64,000 nt of DNA from Paraspadella gotoi (taxonomy: Eukaryota; Animalia; Chaetognatha), in assembly GCA_051294375.1 (NCBI GenBank), contig CM119263.1, forward strand, positions 12,317,723 through 12,381,722. The letters run 5' to 3'. The translations under genes and the position numbers were made by a program. How positions within the stretch are numbered: the first letter of the stretch is position 1; each line of letters begins with the position of its first letter. The notes under the pieces were generated by a model, which was not told where the DNA came from, ran no database searches, and worked only from the letters and a program-made list of their open reading frames with translations. Of this stretch, positions 40,604 through 52,239 are shown piece by piece.

Positions 40604-41207
40604 CTAATTAAAGTCCTCCGCTGGTTCGTTATCTGCCCCATTCTCCTCCCTTTTGACGTCGTGCACATCTTCCCATAGCTTGCGCATGAGGGAGGACCTT
40701 GATTGCCTCATCAGCTCAGTGAAAGCTTCAGGCCCGCGTCCAATGACGCAAATGATAACTTCCCTTCCCCGATTTGTTTTCATCTTCTTCAATGGCTGTC
40801 TGATTTTCCCCTTGACGGCTCGAGTGAATTCAAAATTTTTCCGATACTGGAAGCTCCGCTGTATGGCATTTTGGCTCGCCGCAGTCGCTGGTTGGATTCC
40901 AAATTGTTCCAAGACTTTCATGTTGCATCCGCATGTTCCAGATCCCATCTGCATTAGTCTTCTGTTGAGGAATAACCCACAGCATTGGGACTGGCAGAGC
41001 GTATTGCTGTGATCACTCGTCCTGAATTTCTCCCCATTCACTTTTACCACATTCACTTTTACCACATTTACCATATGGTGTGCGCGCACCAGACGCATTC
41101 ACTGATTGCTCGGAGAACTGATGAGACCGTCGGGGTTTCACTGCGACGGCGTTGCGCAACAACTTCAGAGCAAAACCACTCCATGTTGGAATATGGACTA
41201 TAGACAT
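40604..41207 (-). pseudogene. Intronless, frameshifted Cys-containing ORF inside the IR element
   Basis: GC-richer block. Frames MEWFCSEVVAQRRR..ECVWCAHTIW* (from 41184) and ..LCQSQCCGLFL..GTCGCNMKVLEQFGI..EDFN*. There is a 15-bp tandem duplication (TGTGGTAAAAGTGAA) near the frame break. Confidence 0.45.
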
Positions 41208-41711
41208 TGCGGAAGCCGTTTTAGTTAATTATTTAATCCCCTATTCTAAAATTTAAACTCTTCAACTAATTTAAAAATCATTTGTTAAATGCAGTTTAAT
41301 TACAATTTTCATTTATTAATTATATTACAATTCACCTAATACAATTTTTACAATAATTATTTTTTCTCTAGCGATATATACAATTGACTACAATTAAAAC
41401 TTGAATTACTCATTGTTTATTTTTTTTTTATTTATATATAATATGTTAACTTAAAATTTACCTAAAATTCTACTATATGTATATTACATATGTATTTACA
41501 ATTTTATTTAACAATTGTATTTTACAATTAAGTTGAAAATTTAACTATATTAAATGTAAACTTTTTTTCTAATTAAAACTATCTACATTGTACAACCAGA
41601 ACTAATCTGACGGCTTCGGCAACGCAAGCATCGGTAATCGTGATAGCTGCTTCGCCCTACTTGATTCCATAGTCATTCAAACTCAATATCCTCATTGTCA
41701 GTCTTTATTCC

Positions 41712-42251
41712 TTAATACAAACTCCAAAAAGTCTGAGTAGACGTTTCTTTGCAACGGCTCCTTCTCATACGATCGTAGGCTGTTATGGTCCATTTCTGGA
41801 CATTTTTCGTTAACTTCTTTATCTCACAATTCACCTCGGTTATCAAAGATGGATGAGTTGCTGCTGCAACCGGCTGTCGGGAACGGCAGTGGGGACGAAC
41901 TACTCCATTAAACCATGTACAGCGTGAGGCACAATCCGCGCAGAGAAGGTGGCCCCCACAGCATTGAAGGGAAGAACTGCTCCTATTTTATGGTATTAAT
42001 TCCTTACATACTATGCATGTTAGCGCACTTGGCGCAAATGTTGTCTCTTCAATCCACTGATCCTTTTCCTCCCTCAGGATATGTTGCATTATCCCCTCTG
42101 TCTCTTCTTCATCCCTCATTTGGCCCTCAGTCGTTGGATCAGGCAGCAGTTGCGCTCCTCCCATGCCCTCTTCATCCTGTCTGTCCTGTAAGGAGCGCCA
42201 AATTGCTTCTTGAATGTTAGACTCTTCTGAGTCATATTGTTGCCTATTTAT
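41712..42251 (-). pseudogene. UIM + C3HC4 RING finger gene, decayed
   Basis: One 180-codon frame: EESNIQEAIWRSLQD (UIM consensus), acidic linker, CIVCKELIP*NRSSSLQCCGGHLLCADC..VRPHCR. Lesions are ATG->ATA at 42251, an in-frame TAA at 41990-41988 and CPHC->RPHC. Confidence 0.8.
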
Positions 42252-42603
42252 TTTCGACAGCCATTTGTGACCTTGCTCATTAGAGTTTAGCAAAAAACTT
42301 ATTTGAATGATCTAACAAAGATATTTAGATGTGAGATAGCAAGATTAACTAAGATTAACTAGTACAAAAAATATCTTATTCATATTGACTCGGGAACCGA
42401 ATAGTAAAATATAATACATTAGCAGTAATGTTCCAACAAAATAGTAAACTCCAAAAAGAAACTCCCTAGAACTCCCAATAAAGATTCAGATTCTTCATAA
42501 AAAGTTGAATCAAAATTATAAAACATCTTATTTAAAGCTTTCGAGAATTAAGATTAAGGGCTTCACGTCATTAAAAGATTTGCATTTAAAAATGGTGATT
42601 AAA

Positions 42604-42842
42604 CCAATAGGAATTAGGAATCTGGTTTCGGCTTTCTTATTGGTATTCTTATTGGTTTTGACCAATAAGAATCAGGCCTCGTGCGAGGAGTGACGAGAGT
42701 GGAGCAGAGTTTGAGAAAATATAAAAGCTAATCAGAAATCGTTGAGATAATTTTGAATAACCAATTAGGAGCTGATAATCAATTTTAATGATGTAATAGA
42801 TATAATTCTTACGAAATTGAGAGACTAAAATTAAAAACCAAT
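42604..42842. promoter_or_regulatory. Cluster of six CCAAT/ATTGG boxes upstream of the UIM-RING gene
   Basis: CCAAT at 42604, 42662, 42761, 42838; ATTGG at 42639, 42651. Confidence 0.45.
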
Positions 42843-44329
42843 CAGGATTGAAGTAAAAAAGATAATAGCTAATCATAAAGCCGGAAGAACTAATGATGTT
42901 AAAAAGTAGTCATTTACATATTAATTTGAATAGAGCTGGTCGAGGCATTCATCTATGCTGGGAGCATTAATTCATCTATGCTTGGAGCATTCATATGGGC
43001 TTGAATCATTCATTGATTCAGTGAATAATCATTCATATCTCTGGGGGCAATATATGCCAAGGTTACTATACTCTGATAAGAGTTAGATATAAGTAAAATA
43101 TAAGTGTAATCACCAAACCTCATATAGGGGTTTTATAGGGTAGTATTGGGCCATAACCCTGATTCCTGGGTCTGTGAATTGTAATTTACTTGTATTGTAT
43201 ACTGTCTGTACTAGATTACTCTTAGCTAATGTTATAGTAGATGTATTAAACATACATCTTGTTTTGGCAGAGTGAGCTATTAGGCTAGGGATTAAGGAGA
43301 ACGCTGAGGTGCCCGGTGTATGCTAGGGACCTGAGGGATTACTTTGACCCAGGCTTGCCTGCGGTCCAGGTTAAGGGTCCCCATTTGGGGATATTATATT
43401 TATAACCTGTATTAGCTTAGAATAGTTTTATCCTATCATATTTTAAACTTAGTAAGAGTTCAACTTAAGTGGAACACTCTGTATACATGAAGTTATAAGA
43501 GAATTGGTAAAAGGTACATAATATTAATAAGTGAGCTAACCTGGCTTTTAAAAAGGGGTTATTGTCAATCTTGGTGTCGTTTAATTAACACATTAAATGA
43601 CGTAACCCCAAATTTTAAAACATTGTCATTTCTCAAACCTTTGTTGGACACACTCTCTCTCTCTCTCTCTTTAAATTTTTAATAAGATCGTCGTTGTTGT
43701 AAACCATAAAATTCTAATTCTAATTCTAATTCTAATCTCAAACGCAACGAAAGAATTAGAACAATGCCTAGATAAAATTAATTGAATTCCCTACTTTTCT
43801 CGCCGTGATAAAGAATTTTATTTTATGCAATAGTAATTATAGGAAGAACAAATCTAGCTAGGATGATGTCAACTAAACGTTTCTATTTGTCAGTCTTTCT
43901 GTCTGTTTATCAAGGGACATAATACTCATAGGCTTGATCATGGTTATGAAATAATTTAAGTCCTAACCAAGATAAATATCTTGAGGCAGTTTTCGTCAAG
44001 AGATAAAATATGAGATATTTACGATTAATTTTTGAATCTTTTCAAATGAAATGTCAAGATTAACCTATGTAATTGCGACAACAAATATAAGATTTAGTCA
44101 ATAATGAATAGAAACTAATCTATCCATAATAATCGCCTCACTTTTGACACTGGACAGTGAACACTGAACACTGTTCAGTGATCAGGCTGCAAACTTTTAA
44201 TAATATGCGATTTTATTCGAATACTGCAAGGTTGGTTCAGTCTCATAATGAAAAACTATTTCATATCAAAAAAATAATTTGTAAACAATTTTTAAATTGT
44301 TCTCATGATGTAAAAAACTGAACTAGTTC

Positions 44330-44410
44330 ATTGAGAACTGTATTTTTCAATGTAGCATTGTATAAAAGAATAACTTGCATTATCTAAAATTACAATTGTA
44401 CTCCGGCCCA
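44330..44410 (-). mobile_element. Possible IS630/Tc1-type DDE transposase relic
   Basis: Translates STIVILDNASYS, similar to the [IV][IV]xDNAxYH motif around the second catalytic Asp. No other support. Confidence 0.3.
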
Positions 44411-45176
44411 GGCAAAATGCAATGAAATTAGTACTTTTCTTGTTTGATGTCACTACTAAGTCGAAAACTAAATTCCTAAGAAAAGTAAAACAAATGAACA
44501 TTACTTTTCTTTTTTTTCCCAAAAAGTATGTATGTACCGAAAAGCTAAGATGAACTTAAAAGAGTTTGAAAAAAAAAACTATCTAATGATAATAAAATTT
44601 ATTAAGACGAATTTAATAAGAATTAAAAATATTTATATTTAATATTCAGATGGGCCAAATTGATATTATTATGTTTTTAAAAAAATTTAATTCATATAAA
44701 CTACGTAAATGGTTTGATATGATGATTTTCTTCTTAAAAACCTGTCATTTATAGATTCTTTAAAACCTTATAAGGCCATAACACAATTCCTATCCATTCA
44801 ATAATCAGAGTTGTCTTGAAGTCCATTTTATTCCGCCTCTTAATCATAGTCTTATATCACAACACGCCAGCTTGAATGATCAATACCCTCATCAAGCGAT
44901 AAGCGTCTTTGCTCATTTGTTAATCATCACACTCGGGATTGCCTCTGATAATCCCCGCCCCATAAACCTATAATCAGCTCCCATAAGTCTACTAATGCCC
45001 TATGCTTTCTCGCGCGCTTCAAACGCTTGGCTGCCAATGGTCGATCAATTCGTCGCCCCAACTATTCATTGTCGCTCAAAAGAAACCCCCTCTCAACTAC
45101 GCGAGTTCCACCTTTGCTCCTCCCAAATGTCGTATAACCGCGTTCGGCGGTTAAGATATTTCATGATTGTGACATT

Positions 45177-45185
45177 TCTCTCTCT

Positions 45186-45260
<75 letters not shown>
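45177..45260. repeat. (CT)n microsatellite. Similar tracts at ~10126-10188, 12563-12650, 50378-50494, 52195-52237, 52961-53030, 56102-56143
   Basis: Direct reading. Confidence 0.95.
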
Positions 45261-45263
<3 letters not shown>

Positions 45264-45285
45264 AGCACATCTCTCGCTCGCTCGC

Positions 45286-45640
45286 GCCGCCATGTTTGCC
45301 CGGGGTAGCAAGTTCGAATTCTGATTGGCCCGATGACTCGCGATTAACATCCTCATTGGCTCTGAGAACGGAGCTGCTGCCTGGCGACGTTTTTCGCGCC
45401 GCGACGTGTCGCCGCTGCTGCGGTCGCGACGTAGACTGGAGAGAGAAAGGGAGAGAGAGAGAGAAAAAAAAAAAGAAAGAAAGACGGCGCCTTAACGCCA
45501 TTCGACGCGTGGCGTTCTCGGCGCTGCCTTCGTTCGTCGCTCGTCTCGTTCGCGTTCCCCCGATGCCTACCCTCGGTGGCGCGCGCGTCTGGGCGGCGTC
45601 GGGCGGCGTCCGACCGGCCACCGCCTCGTTTTATCATCGC
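45286..45640. promoter_or_regulatory. CpG-rich promoter-like region (YY1-like GCCGCCATGTTT, two ATTGG boxes)
   Basis: GCCGCCATGTTT at 45286, CTGATTGGCC at ~45321, CTCATTGGCT at ~45352, very high CpG density. Confidence 0.45.
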
Positions 45641-45809
45641 GCCGTTCTAATTTTTGTGGTTCCCTCGACGTCGGATTTCGTTTTCCCTTTTCCTCCATAT
45701 CTCTCGCCTACTCGACCCGGTCTTTCTCTGTTTCACTCGTTATCTGTCCAAGCGCTGATTCGCCGGATTTTCGCAGATTTTTCTTCTCTTGCCAAGTTTC
45801 TTTTTCGTC

Positions 45810-45845
<36 letters not shown>

Positions 45846-47109
45846 TTTTTTTTTGACGTGTGTTTTTGCTTCCGGCTGCGCGACTCTCCTCGTTGGCGAT
45901 GACTCACATGCATTTCTTTCACACCTGGACTCTATCTTTCTCTCCCTTCCTCATCTCCTTTCTTCTCTTCTGCTTTCCTCTCTTTTCCTATCTTCTTCTC
46001 TCCTCTCCTCTCATCTCCTTTCCTCTCCTCTCCTCTTTTCTCCTGTTTTCTTCTCTTCTCTTCTCTCCTCCTCTTTCCTCTCTGCCTTCTCTCGTTTACT
46101 CACGTCGACCCCGCCCGGCAAAAAAAATTTGTAATATCGCGTATGGAAAAAGTTAATCAGACAATATTTTTTGACAAAATTTTTAACGACATTTTTGAAT
46201 GTCACTCGTGTGGTTTTTCTTCATTTTATAGAACTTTATATATATTTTACTTTTTCTTAGCTTTTTCTTTACTTCTATTTGCATTCCTATTTATATATTT
46301 TTCAGCTTTATTTTTCCTTTCCTCTAATTTGTTATTGGGTTCATAAAGTGGTTGAAACTAGTGACTTATGTAGCAAATCTTGAAAAAAAAAAAATTACAT
46401 GTACGTACATAATCAAAAAAGTTAGCTTCTTCTGATTCATATATGCTTCAATATTTGAAAATAAAAGAAAAGAGGTATTTAATAACAATGTTGTTGCTCT
46501 GTATATTGAGTGACCAAACCCATGAACAAAACAAGGAGGATGATAGAGGTTGATTCTGCTTAAGCAGATTTGACTAAAAAGTGTTTCTTACCCATTCTCA
46601 TTGAGAATAATGGTTTTGTTTATTTAATTATGCGTAGATCAAGACCCACAGAGACCATGTTATGTATAAGTACAAAAATATCTTTAAAATATTATTATAA
46701 TGTAATACAGTAAATGATGGTTTTCTAAGAGGGGTAATCATAAATGAAAAGGCTAGATTTTTTTGCATGTACTTTTTTCTCGATTTTTATAACAGTCTGG
46801 TAAAAGTTTCGGCGACTTTATCATTTACAATTTGTTTTTTAAATCTAATCGAGAAATATAATTAAAGGTGTAAAAATGGAAATGAATCAAATTAAATACA
46901 TATAAAACTTGTTCGACCAATACTTGTAAAACATGTAAGAATTAACATTAATGTAAGAATAGTATTGAGGAACCGAAAAGTTCTTGAAGTTTAGTACAGC
47001 GTAACTGAACAAAAAAAAATATCTTTATATCTCTCGGTCGCTCTCATCACTCTCTCGTTCGCTCTCTCTCTCTCTCACGCTCTCTCTCTCTCCCTCCTCC
47101 ATTGACAGT

Positions 47110-47180
47110 TGGTGCGCGCAATTTTCTCTAGTCACGATGACGTCATTGAATGTGTTCGCGCTTCATAGTTCGCGAGATGA
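47110..47180. promoter_or_regulatory. Candidate promoter motifs: CRE palindrome ATGACGTCAT and TGCGCGCA
   Basis: ATGACGTCAT at 47137-47146, TGCGCGCA at 47113-47120. Confidence 0.3.
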
Positions 47181-48602
47181 GTGCAAATTAGATTGAAAAC
47201 GCGTGCAGGTCTCCTCGTTTGAGTTCGTAGGGAGTTCGTTTTTGATTCACGAATGATCTTTGGCTATTTGGTCAAAATTTAATCAAAAATGGGCAGAGTT
47301 CAAACTCGGCCGTCATTTTCTCTGGCGAGTTTCTCCAGGGATACGTTGCGATGGACCTAACGGCTTTTCCTTTTTATTTTTTTAAATTTCATCATCCATT
47401 ATCAGTTTTTGACAAATTTAGAAAAGGTTTATATGATTTAAATAATTTCCCTTACCGTACCAAATTAAGTTTTTAATTTTCTCCGATCATGCTGTATGTG
47501 TGTCTTCGTTTTATTTTTTTTTTCTAAGTATAAACCTCAAAAAATATTCTACGAAGAAAGTCGTTAAATTTGATTATAAGCTCCAACGCGTGAGCCTCCA
47601 TCTCCTGCTTTTTTCTTCATTTCTTTTTCCCCTCATTTTTCTCTTTTCCTTCGTCGACACCCGAAGAGAGAAAATTGCACGAAAACAGAGATTGAAAAAA
47701 AAACCGGGAGAAAATATTTGAGACAAGGTTGCGGCGGTGATAGATCGAGATCGGGTAGACCGAATGAAGTGTGGTGTGCGGTGAAGACGTAAAGAGCGAT
47801 AAACTTTAATTAATATTAGAAAGAATGTTGAATACTGGGTACGTCTATTCGCCAAAAGCTGAAAAGCCAATCCATCCAATGGCACCGGGCCATGACCCTG
47901 TTTAATTAACTTGTTCCTCAATCTCTGAATTGACATCTTCAGCTATTTCGTCGCGACGAACGTCATGAAGTCCGCCCTATTTTCCCCAGACCTTCGGAGC
48001 CTCGGCAACGAACGATTTCCCTGCCTCGGGGGAAAAAGCTTTCCGCATAATCAACGAGTCCTAGATTCGCCTCGGGACACGGAGGCTTTTTAGGCAAAGC
48101 GAGGAAAGGAAACAGTATTTCTCAGTCGCCTTCCAGTTGGGATAATTTCTCGCTTAAATTTAAATCAGAAAGTTCGACCTCGGAATTTCTGAATTTTTTA
48201 AGGTTCCACCGAAATTCTACTCCTGAAAAGAGTTAAAGACTAAAAAGTTTCATACTACTTCCAATTTCCACATCGGGTTGTGACTTTTCCCCCATTTCCA
48301 CTTTTCACATTTCTCTTCTCTCATCGTTAATATTGCGTTTCGGGTTTTCGCTTTTTCCCCGCGCTCAAGTTGCCTTCAAACCTAGTTCTCTCTCCTAGTC
48401 TCCGATTTCCCAGTTTTTCTTCCTTCTTTCCTTCCGTTTTTTCCATCTTCCAGTTCCCAGTTTCTCTTCTACCACGAGTCACTTTCCAGTTTGCCCGGGA
48501 GGCCGATATCAAGCTGTAAAATTATTCGGTTTGACTTCCAATTTTCCCCTTCATACTCTCATCATTTTCCAAAAGACCGCACGAAAATGTTGCGAATAGT
48601 GA

Positions 48603-48605
48603 GAC

Positions 48606-48637
<32 letters not shown>

Positions 48638-48656
48638 CGACGAACACGATGACGAC
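48603..48656. repeat. (GAC)n trinucleotide repeat
   Basis: Direct reading. A complementary-type (CGT)n tract lies at ~45812-45843. Confidence 0.9.
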
Positions 48657-48935
48657 GTCAGCGAAAACGATCATAGCTATGATAATTTTTTTTTATATCT
48701 TCTCCACTACTCCCAAGAGGAGACGGCAATAAAATAAACGAGAGATCTAACATCGAATTAGGGACGAGGCGCCAATCAGTTTACTCTGTTTATGTTTTGT
48801 TTACGTTCTGCCTTTACGACTCTTATCGCCTCGTTGGAGAGGATCGAACGGGATTCGGGTCCTCGAGGGTCGACGTCGTCTCGCCGCGGCTCCGTTCTCG
48901 TTATCGGCTCCGCGGCGTCGCTGTCATCTGTAGTA

Positions 48936-49517
48936 CTATCTAGGAAAAAAGTATATCACATATTTAATAAAGGATCTCTACTCGAAAACTTGTTTGATTT
49001 TAAAAAATTATAATATTTCTAAATTTACATTGAATTTTTTTTTCAGTAACTTCCTTTCATTTCTTTGTAGGTCAAATCGTTTAGAAGTTACAGCCAAAAA
49101 AATATTGTTACTTCAAATTAAAAATATTGAAAAAAATCATATTTAGTTTTCTACCATTTTTGGTATTTAGTTATATATTTTTATTTCAAATAGAGTTAGT
49201 TATTTTTTTAAATTTTTTTAATTTGGTAATGCTAAAGGCCTTGCACCTATTTTTGGTTCAAAAAAGTGCTATTATAGTTTTCAGAAAAGAGGGAAAGATG
49301 CGCTACATAAACATCAGGGCTGAAAAGAATTGCGTTAAAGATGTGGAAAAATTTTTTACTGTCATACCTGAATTTGCTGTATGAGAGCATACCCAGATGA
49401 ATGCAGGCAGTAGTCAATACCAAAAAGGGCATAACAAATATTGAGAATATTTTACCCATGTTTTACATACTTTTTATTGAATAAATGAATTATGTGATAT
49501 ACTTTTTTCCTCGATAG
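48936..49517 (+). mobile_element. Internally deleted Tc1/mariner element with TIRs, TA TSD and a transposase C-terminal relic
   Basis: TA|CTATCTAGGAAAAAAGTATATCACATA at 48934 versus TATGTGATATACTTTTTTCCTCGATAG|TA ending 49519 (1 mismatch). ~49310-49444 translates LKRIALKMWKNFLLSYLNLLYESIPR*MQAVVNTK.GHNKY*, matching the Tc1 C-terminal L..SMPRR..AV...GG.TKY. Confidence 0.9.
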
Positions 49518-50376
49518 TATGCTGCGACTTTACCCTCATTCGTGTTATTTGTTGCTGTTGTGTGGTGGTGTTGTTGATAGTACCGTCCTCATTATATTGT
49601 GTCGCTGTCATCATCGTCACTTTTTACTCTCATCGACGTCTATTTCACCGACGACATCTTCAACATTCCCAACGAATGGTTGTCATTCGTGGAATTCGTC
49701 ATGGTCGTCATCATCATCGTCGTCGTCGTCGTTCTTTTACTGGCAGCGTCGATTTCGTGTCGTTGTTGTTTTAAGTAACCGGTTAAAATAGACTACTAGT
49801 TTATCCACAAGTTCATGATCTTGCGTGACATTCACTTAGAAACTCAGTCTTCCAAAGTTAACAACCCTAAATACGTACTTTCTTTGTGCTTTTTGATGGT
49901 ATCACCCGCTGATGACACGTTATATAGTCTTTCCCGACGCTGACAACTCCGTAAACTACCAATGATTTAAGTACGTAGTTTTTCATCCTCGTAATCCTAC
50001 TAAGTTACGAACCAATGAATATATAGAACACTACTAGTTCCATAATCCATATTTACGATGCGCTTAAGAGAATATAAATATTTCTTTTATTTAAAATCCG
50101 AGTAAATGTTTCTGAGCCTTCGTTTCTTGTTTGGCAACCCCCAATGCGAAATAAACAAAGACCGCGGCCGCGGCAAAAGTGATTCTCTCTTTTGTGAGGT
50201 CAAGTCTCGCTCGTTCGTCGAACCTGTGATGACAAAGGTGAAAGAGATGGAACCTTCGATTGTTTTCATCGAAGGCACTGAGAAAGATTTAATAACATTA
50301 TTTTCATCTCTTTATGTACATGTATTAATCAACGTATACTTTATCCCAATCTTACATTTGGATGTAAAACAAACTT

Positions 50377-50498
<122 letters not shown>

Positions 50499-52190
50499 GT
50501 TTCCGCTCTGTTTTTAATCGTATTTTTGTTTTCTCTTTCAGGACCCAATAAAATTTACATCCGTACAAGAATCTCTTCTGCACCAAAATTAGACGCCGTT
50601 TCACTTTTATTTTTTATTTCTTCTCTTATTATTTTGCACCTATCTAATTTATTCAATATAAGATATAATATACTCATTTTCAACAATCGACAATTAAAAA
50701 AAAGAAGCGAAAAAGGAAAAAAAATTGCTTGAATTAAAAAAAGGTAGGAAACTAAAAAAAAGAAACTATGAATAAGTCACAATATTACGTATTAAGATGT
50801 AGAACAATTTAAATCGAAGTCCAATGTGTAAAACTTAGTTCATAAATATGTGCGCGTGGAAAAACTAACGGCGATAGTTGCAGATTATAATTAAAAAAAT
50901 GAACTCTATTAACTGCAGGGGTCCCGCCCATTTACGCCACCGAAGGCGCCTTTGATTATGCGTTGGTACGAAACGAGCGTCGACTCTCTACCTTCACTTA
51001 CCAAGTTAATCCTTTCTCGGACGCATTCAAGCTTTAACTGACCTCAATTATTCTTTTAAAATCATCAAAATGGTAGGACGTACTACGTTCGTAATACATT
51101 ACGCTTTAGGAATTTTACTATAAATGAACTTTTGTAACCTCTTATTTCCCAGAACCCACCCGCATGATAACGTCGTTAAGGATAAAACGATACAACTGAA
51201 ATAATAACACGGATTTCAAAAAGCATCATCGTAATCAAGATTATATTTTGTCAATAAACCATCTCGTTTAATTTTCAGCAAAAAAGGTGAGTGCATCGCA
51301 AGGAAGAAAAAAATTTTTGGTGCTTACCTTTTAGCCTAATAAGAGTTCCTGATGCTAGTCCTCATTTCTTTATCAGTCATCAAAAATCATTCCCGTCAGT
51401 GTTGTTGTCGTTATCTCGAATTATCTATCAAAATATTTCCCATCTTGTTGGAGGGCGTCGACTCGTCGTCGTCTTACCCGGCGGCGGGTGGCTGTCATCG
51501 TCATTTCATAATATTTGTCAAATTCGATTCTCAGAAACGTAATAAAACGGTTTTATGTTGGGAGTTTCTTCGACATTGAACCGTTCTTTATTGAACGCCA
51601 CTGTAGGCCTCAAACTAATAGCAGTACAAAACTTAGTTTTATTGGGCGACATAACTTCGTTTTTGAATGAGTTTGTTCAACAATGTTTGAGATGTACTAA
51701 GCGACAAAAAAAAAAAGTCAGAAGTCGGAAGCGAATAAAGATGTCAGCCGCGCATCGTAGTTCCTCATTGAAGAGTCGCCTCCCAACGACCGAGGCGTAA
51801 ACAATACCTGACGATGAAGTTTCACCGTTAAAAATGACGCCGCCCGCGTAACGGAATTCTCCAAGCCTCGTTCCCATTTTCTCCGTGTTTATGACCACGC
51901 CCGCTGCGCCCGCGGCGTCATATTCCGGGGCCGTTTTCCTCATCGTAACAGCGCCACCAGGCGTCGCCTACAAATGGCGGAAGTTGATAAATCGGGTCGG
52001 TGCGACCGAACCTTTTCCCCGGGCTCGAGGCAACATAGACGATCAAATCTGACCTTTTTAGATTCGCTTGGTTGCTTGTCTTGGTTTCTTGCTTGATTTT
52101 TTTTTTTTTCTTGTTACTTTCCTTCCAGATAATAGCCATGAGATACCATAAAGAATGTACTGGGAGGAAATTTCCTCATACTTTGAAGAA

Positions 52191-52239
<49 letters not shown>

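Larger units (their letters stand above)
39165..43622. mobile_element. Long-inverted-repeat element with TGTTTT...AAAACA ends and a near-5-bp TSD, non-autonomous, carrying decayed cargo genes
   Basis: 39165-39650 is the reverse complement of 43169-43622, and 39650-40034 of 42159-42540. The arms differ by substitutions and multi-base indels. Flanks are CTGTC (left) and TTGTC (right). Confidence 0.8.

Noticed and set aside
41118-41152. Hammerhead ribozyme (CTGATGAG followed by stem CCGTCG/CGACGG)
   Set aside because: No GAAA after stem II and no stems I/III
44162-44180. Perfect palindrome CACTGAACA-C-TGTTCAGTG
   Set aside because: Isolated and derived from a short local repeat, with no supporting context
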